Under the pieces are notes generated by a model, which searched no databases, had not been told where the DNA came from, and saw only the letters and a list, made by a program, of their open reading frames with translations. Made by a program: the position numbers and the translations under genes. Shown piece by piece: positions 35,928 to 37,902 of a DNA stretch of 37,902 bases. This DNA is from Candidatus Binataceae bacterium (GTDB lineage Bacteria > Desulfobacterota > Binatia > Binatales > Binataceae): assembly GCA_035279875.1 (NCBI GenBank), contig DATEGX010000094.1:1-37902 (forward strand). Direction: 5' to 3'. The stretch's first letter is position 1. The number at the start of each line of letters is the position of its first letter.

Positions 35928-36314
35928 ATGGCTGACATAGATGATGTCCAGAGCGTTTTCCAGGCCGCTGTCAACGCGTTCAATGACCACGAGTTGACTA
36001 ACCTGATGTCCTACATGGACCAGGAAGCCACAGTTTATTCTATAAGCGGCAAGCTGGCATACCATCCGAAGCACGCCGTCCGGGCATATTTCAAGGAGCA
36101 GTTCGCAGACAACCCAAATTTCCAACCGAATACGATGACGCCCAATCCGCAATTCAACCCTACGGGTGATCCAGTATCGGCGACCATCTCCGACGGTGCG
36201 ATATGGACGGATACAAACCATACTTATAAGTTGAATTACACCTTTACGCTCGTAAAGAGAGGAGCGGGCTCGAATACTCCAGTCTGGCTGTTTTCAGTGA
36301 TGTGGGGTTCATGA
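35928..36314 (+). CDS. NTF2-like (SnoaL/DUF4440-type) small protein, low-GC
   Basis: The N-terminal pattern VQSVFQAAVNAFNDHELTNLMSYMDQEATVYS...HAVRAYFKEQF is typical of SnoaL-like/NTF2 folds. A G8 run lies just upstream of the ATG. Confidence 0.55.
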   Translation: MADIDDVQSVFQAAVNAFNDHELTNLMSYMDQEATVYSISGKLAYHPKHAVRAYFKEQFADNPNFQPNTMTPNPQFNPTGDPVSATISDGAIWTDTNHTYKLNYTFTLVKRGAGSNTPVWLFSVMWGS

Positions 36315-36382
36315 TGCGCGGTTAGCGCCGCCTATCGCAGCCGACTCAATAGACCGCGCCGGTTAGCCATTCGCATTGCCTG

Positions 36383-37528
36383 CTAACCAGGCAGGAAGCC
36401 GTAAAGCTTGCCGGCGTTTTCGCAAATCACCTTGCGGCGGGCGCTCTCCGGCAAATGACCCAGTTCGCGCTGAATATACTCCTGCGAATCGGGCCAGATC
36501 CCATCGGGATGCGGGAAATCCGAGCCCCACATGATGTTGTCCTCGCCGATTTCGTCGAGCATCTTGATGCCGATACGATCGCTCTGATAGGTCGCGTAGC
36601 ACTGGCGATGCCAATAGTCGCTCGGCTTCATCTTGAGGTCGAGGTCCTTGAACTGGTCTTCCCATTCGAGGTCCATATGGTCCAGGATGTAAGGAATCCA
36701 GCCGATGCCACTTTCGCCTATTACAATCCTGATCTGAGGATGATGCTCGAGAACGCCGGCAAAGATGATCGACATCAGCGGCACCGCCATGTACATCTGG
36801 AAGCTCGTGATCGCCGTAGCGAAGGCGGCGCGCATCACCTTCGGTTCGAGTTTGTTGAAATCCGGCAAGCCGCCGCCAATCGTATGCAGATGCACGGGTA
36901 AGCCGCTTTCAGCCACCGCGTCCCATAGCGGGTTCCACCACGTTTCGTAGAGCGGTTTCATGCCTACGCGGTTGGCAATCTCAAGACCGCGAATAGAACC
37001 ACTTTTCGCTACGTGCCTGACTTCGGCCACGGCCGCGTCGATATCGTGGCTGGGGATGCACGCCAAGCCCGCATAGCGGTCAGGATGGGCGCGACAAAAG
37101 CTCGCAAGCCAATCGTTATAAATTCGGAGCATTTCGGTCGCGGCCTCATCATCCTTGAGCCGCATGCTGGCGCCCAGGATGCCGTACAGGACCTCGGCTT
37201 GGACGCCGTCGCGCTCCTGATCCTTGAGGCGCAACTCCGGGTCGCTCAAGCGCCGAATACCCTTGCGTCCGTCGTCATAAAGCCCGGTCGAAGCCATCCG
37301 GTCGGAGCGATGGATTTCGCCTGGAACGTACTCGCGGCCAGCCGAACCCATCCCGTTCATCAGGCCGAAATTGCCACCGTTCTTGGAAACCCATCGGTGG
37401 CCCTTGCTGCTTTCGACGACGTAGGGCATCCGGTCCTTGAAATCGGCCCGCGCATTGGAAGTGAACAGGTCCGGCGGCAGCCAGATCAAATCGATATGGC
37501 AATCGGCAGAGATAACGTCGTATTTCAT
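36383..37528 (-). CDS. Amidohydrolase family protein (Amidohydro_2 / ACMSD-like)
   Basis: MKYDVISADCHIDL (HxD/HxH-type N-terminal metal site), ...MWGSDFPHPDG near the C-terminus. I prefer the ATG at 37528, with GAGGA upstream. Confidence 0.8.
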   Translation of the reverse strand: MKYDVISADCHIDLIWLPPDLFTSNARADFKDRMPYVVESSKGHRWVSKNGGNFGLMNGMGSAGREYVPGEIHRSDRMASTGLYDDGRKGIRRLSDPELRLKDQERDGVQAEVLYGILGASMRLKDDEAATEMLRIYNDWLASFCRAHPDRYAGLACIPSHDIDAAVAEVRHVAKSGSIRGLEIANRVGMKPLYETWWNPLWDAVAESGLPVHLHTIGGGLPDFNKLEPKVMRAAFATAITSFQMYMAVPLMSIIFAGVLEHHPQIRIVIGESGIGWIPYILDHMDLEWEDQFKDLDLKMKPSDYWHRQCYATYQSDRIGIKMLDEIGEDNIMWGSDFPHPDGIWPDSQEYIQRELGHLPESARRKVICENAGKLYGFLPG

Positions 37529-37799
37529 AGCCCCGTCCTCGTTTCCAATACTTTGCGCGCTTTCGTATAGCTTGTAGCACAATCGTTGCTCAATCGTCTT
37601 GGTTCAAGGCTGATTTTGCGGCGCGCAACCACGCCGCCACGAGAGACACAGACTGTTGGCAGCGGGAGGCCGCTATTTTCATGCTCGATAAGCAATTGCA
37701 CGGCTCTTCCTACGGTCGGCGGAGGTGGCCGGTCGCCAAATCACTCGCGGCATAAGATATTCTAATGCTAATAGCTTCGAGTCGTAGAACATATCTCGC

Positions 37800-37902
37800 A
37801 TGAAAGTTGGCTTCATTGGGCTTGGGGAGCAAGGCAAGCCGATAGCGGTGAATCTGGCCCGGGCGGGCTTCGACCTGACGGTGCACGATATCCGCCCCGG
37901 CC
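37800..37902 (+). CDS. NAD(P)-dependent oxidoreductase, 3-hydroxyisobutyrate dehydrogenase-like, N-terminal fragment (runs off the 3' edge)
   Basis: MKVGFIGLGEQGKPIAVNLARAGFDLTVHDIRP has a Rossmann GxGxxG at the N-terminus, typical of the beta-hydroxyacid dehydrogenase family. Confidence 0.7.
   Translation, partial: MKVGFIGLGEQGKPIAVNLARAGFDLTVHDIRPG

Overview
This is a 37.9 kb high-GC bacterial chromosomal segment, probably from a soil or sediment lineage that I cannot place from sequence alone. I call about 31 protein-coding genes. I found no rRNA, tRNA, CRISPR array, transposase, integrase or reverse transcriptase.

Most of the window is core or housekeeping:
- cstA tail with ybdD, and an orphan histidine kinase
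- lexA and hrcA
- a ViaA-like VWA protein
- a UvrD/PcrA-type helicase
- glmU-glmS, rpoD, a family-B DNA polymerase, fabI and gloB

These are interleaved with metabolic enzymes: an acyl-CoA dehydrogenase, an NHL propeller protein, an LLM/F420-type oxidoreductase, an MBL hydrolase, two Amidohydro_2 enzymes, a family III CoA-transferase and two SAM methyltransferases.

Three parts look accessory:
1. 5.7-12.2 kb holds two adjacent giant secreted proteins, a 7-bladed SBBP propeller and an S53 sedolisin. Both end in the same Pro/Thr linker plus tandem Ig-like cassette, with no recognisable anchor.
2. 27.5-28.96 kb is a low-GC patch with an orphan single-pass membrane protein, wedged between rpoD and polB.
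3. 35.1-36.3 kb holds a protein with a SHOCT-like N-terminus and a helical bundle, plus a low-GC NTF2-like orphan preceded by a G8 tract.

I could not demonstrate a clear multi-gene novel system. The candidates in the findings are hypotheses ranked by interest. All long antisense ORFs in the track are treated as high-GC artefacts.
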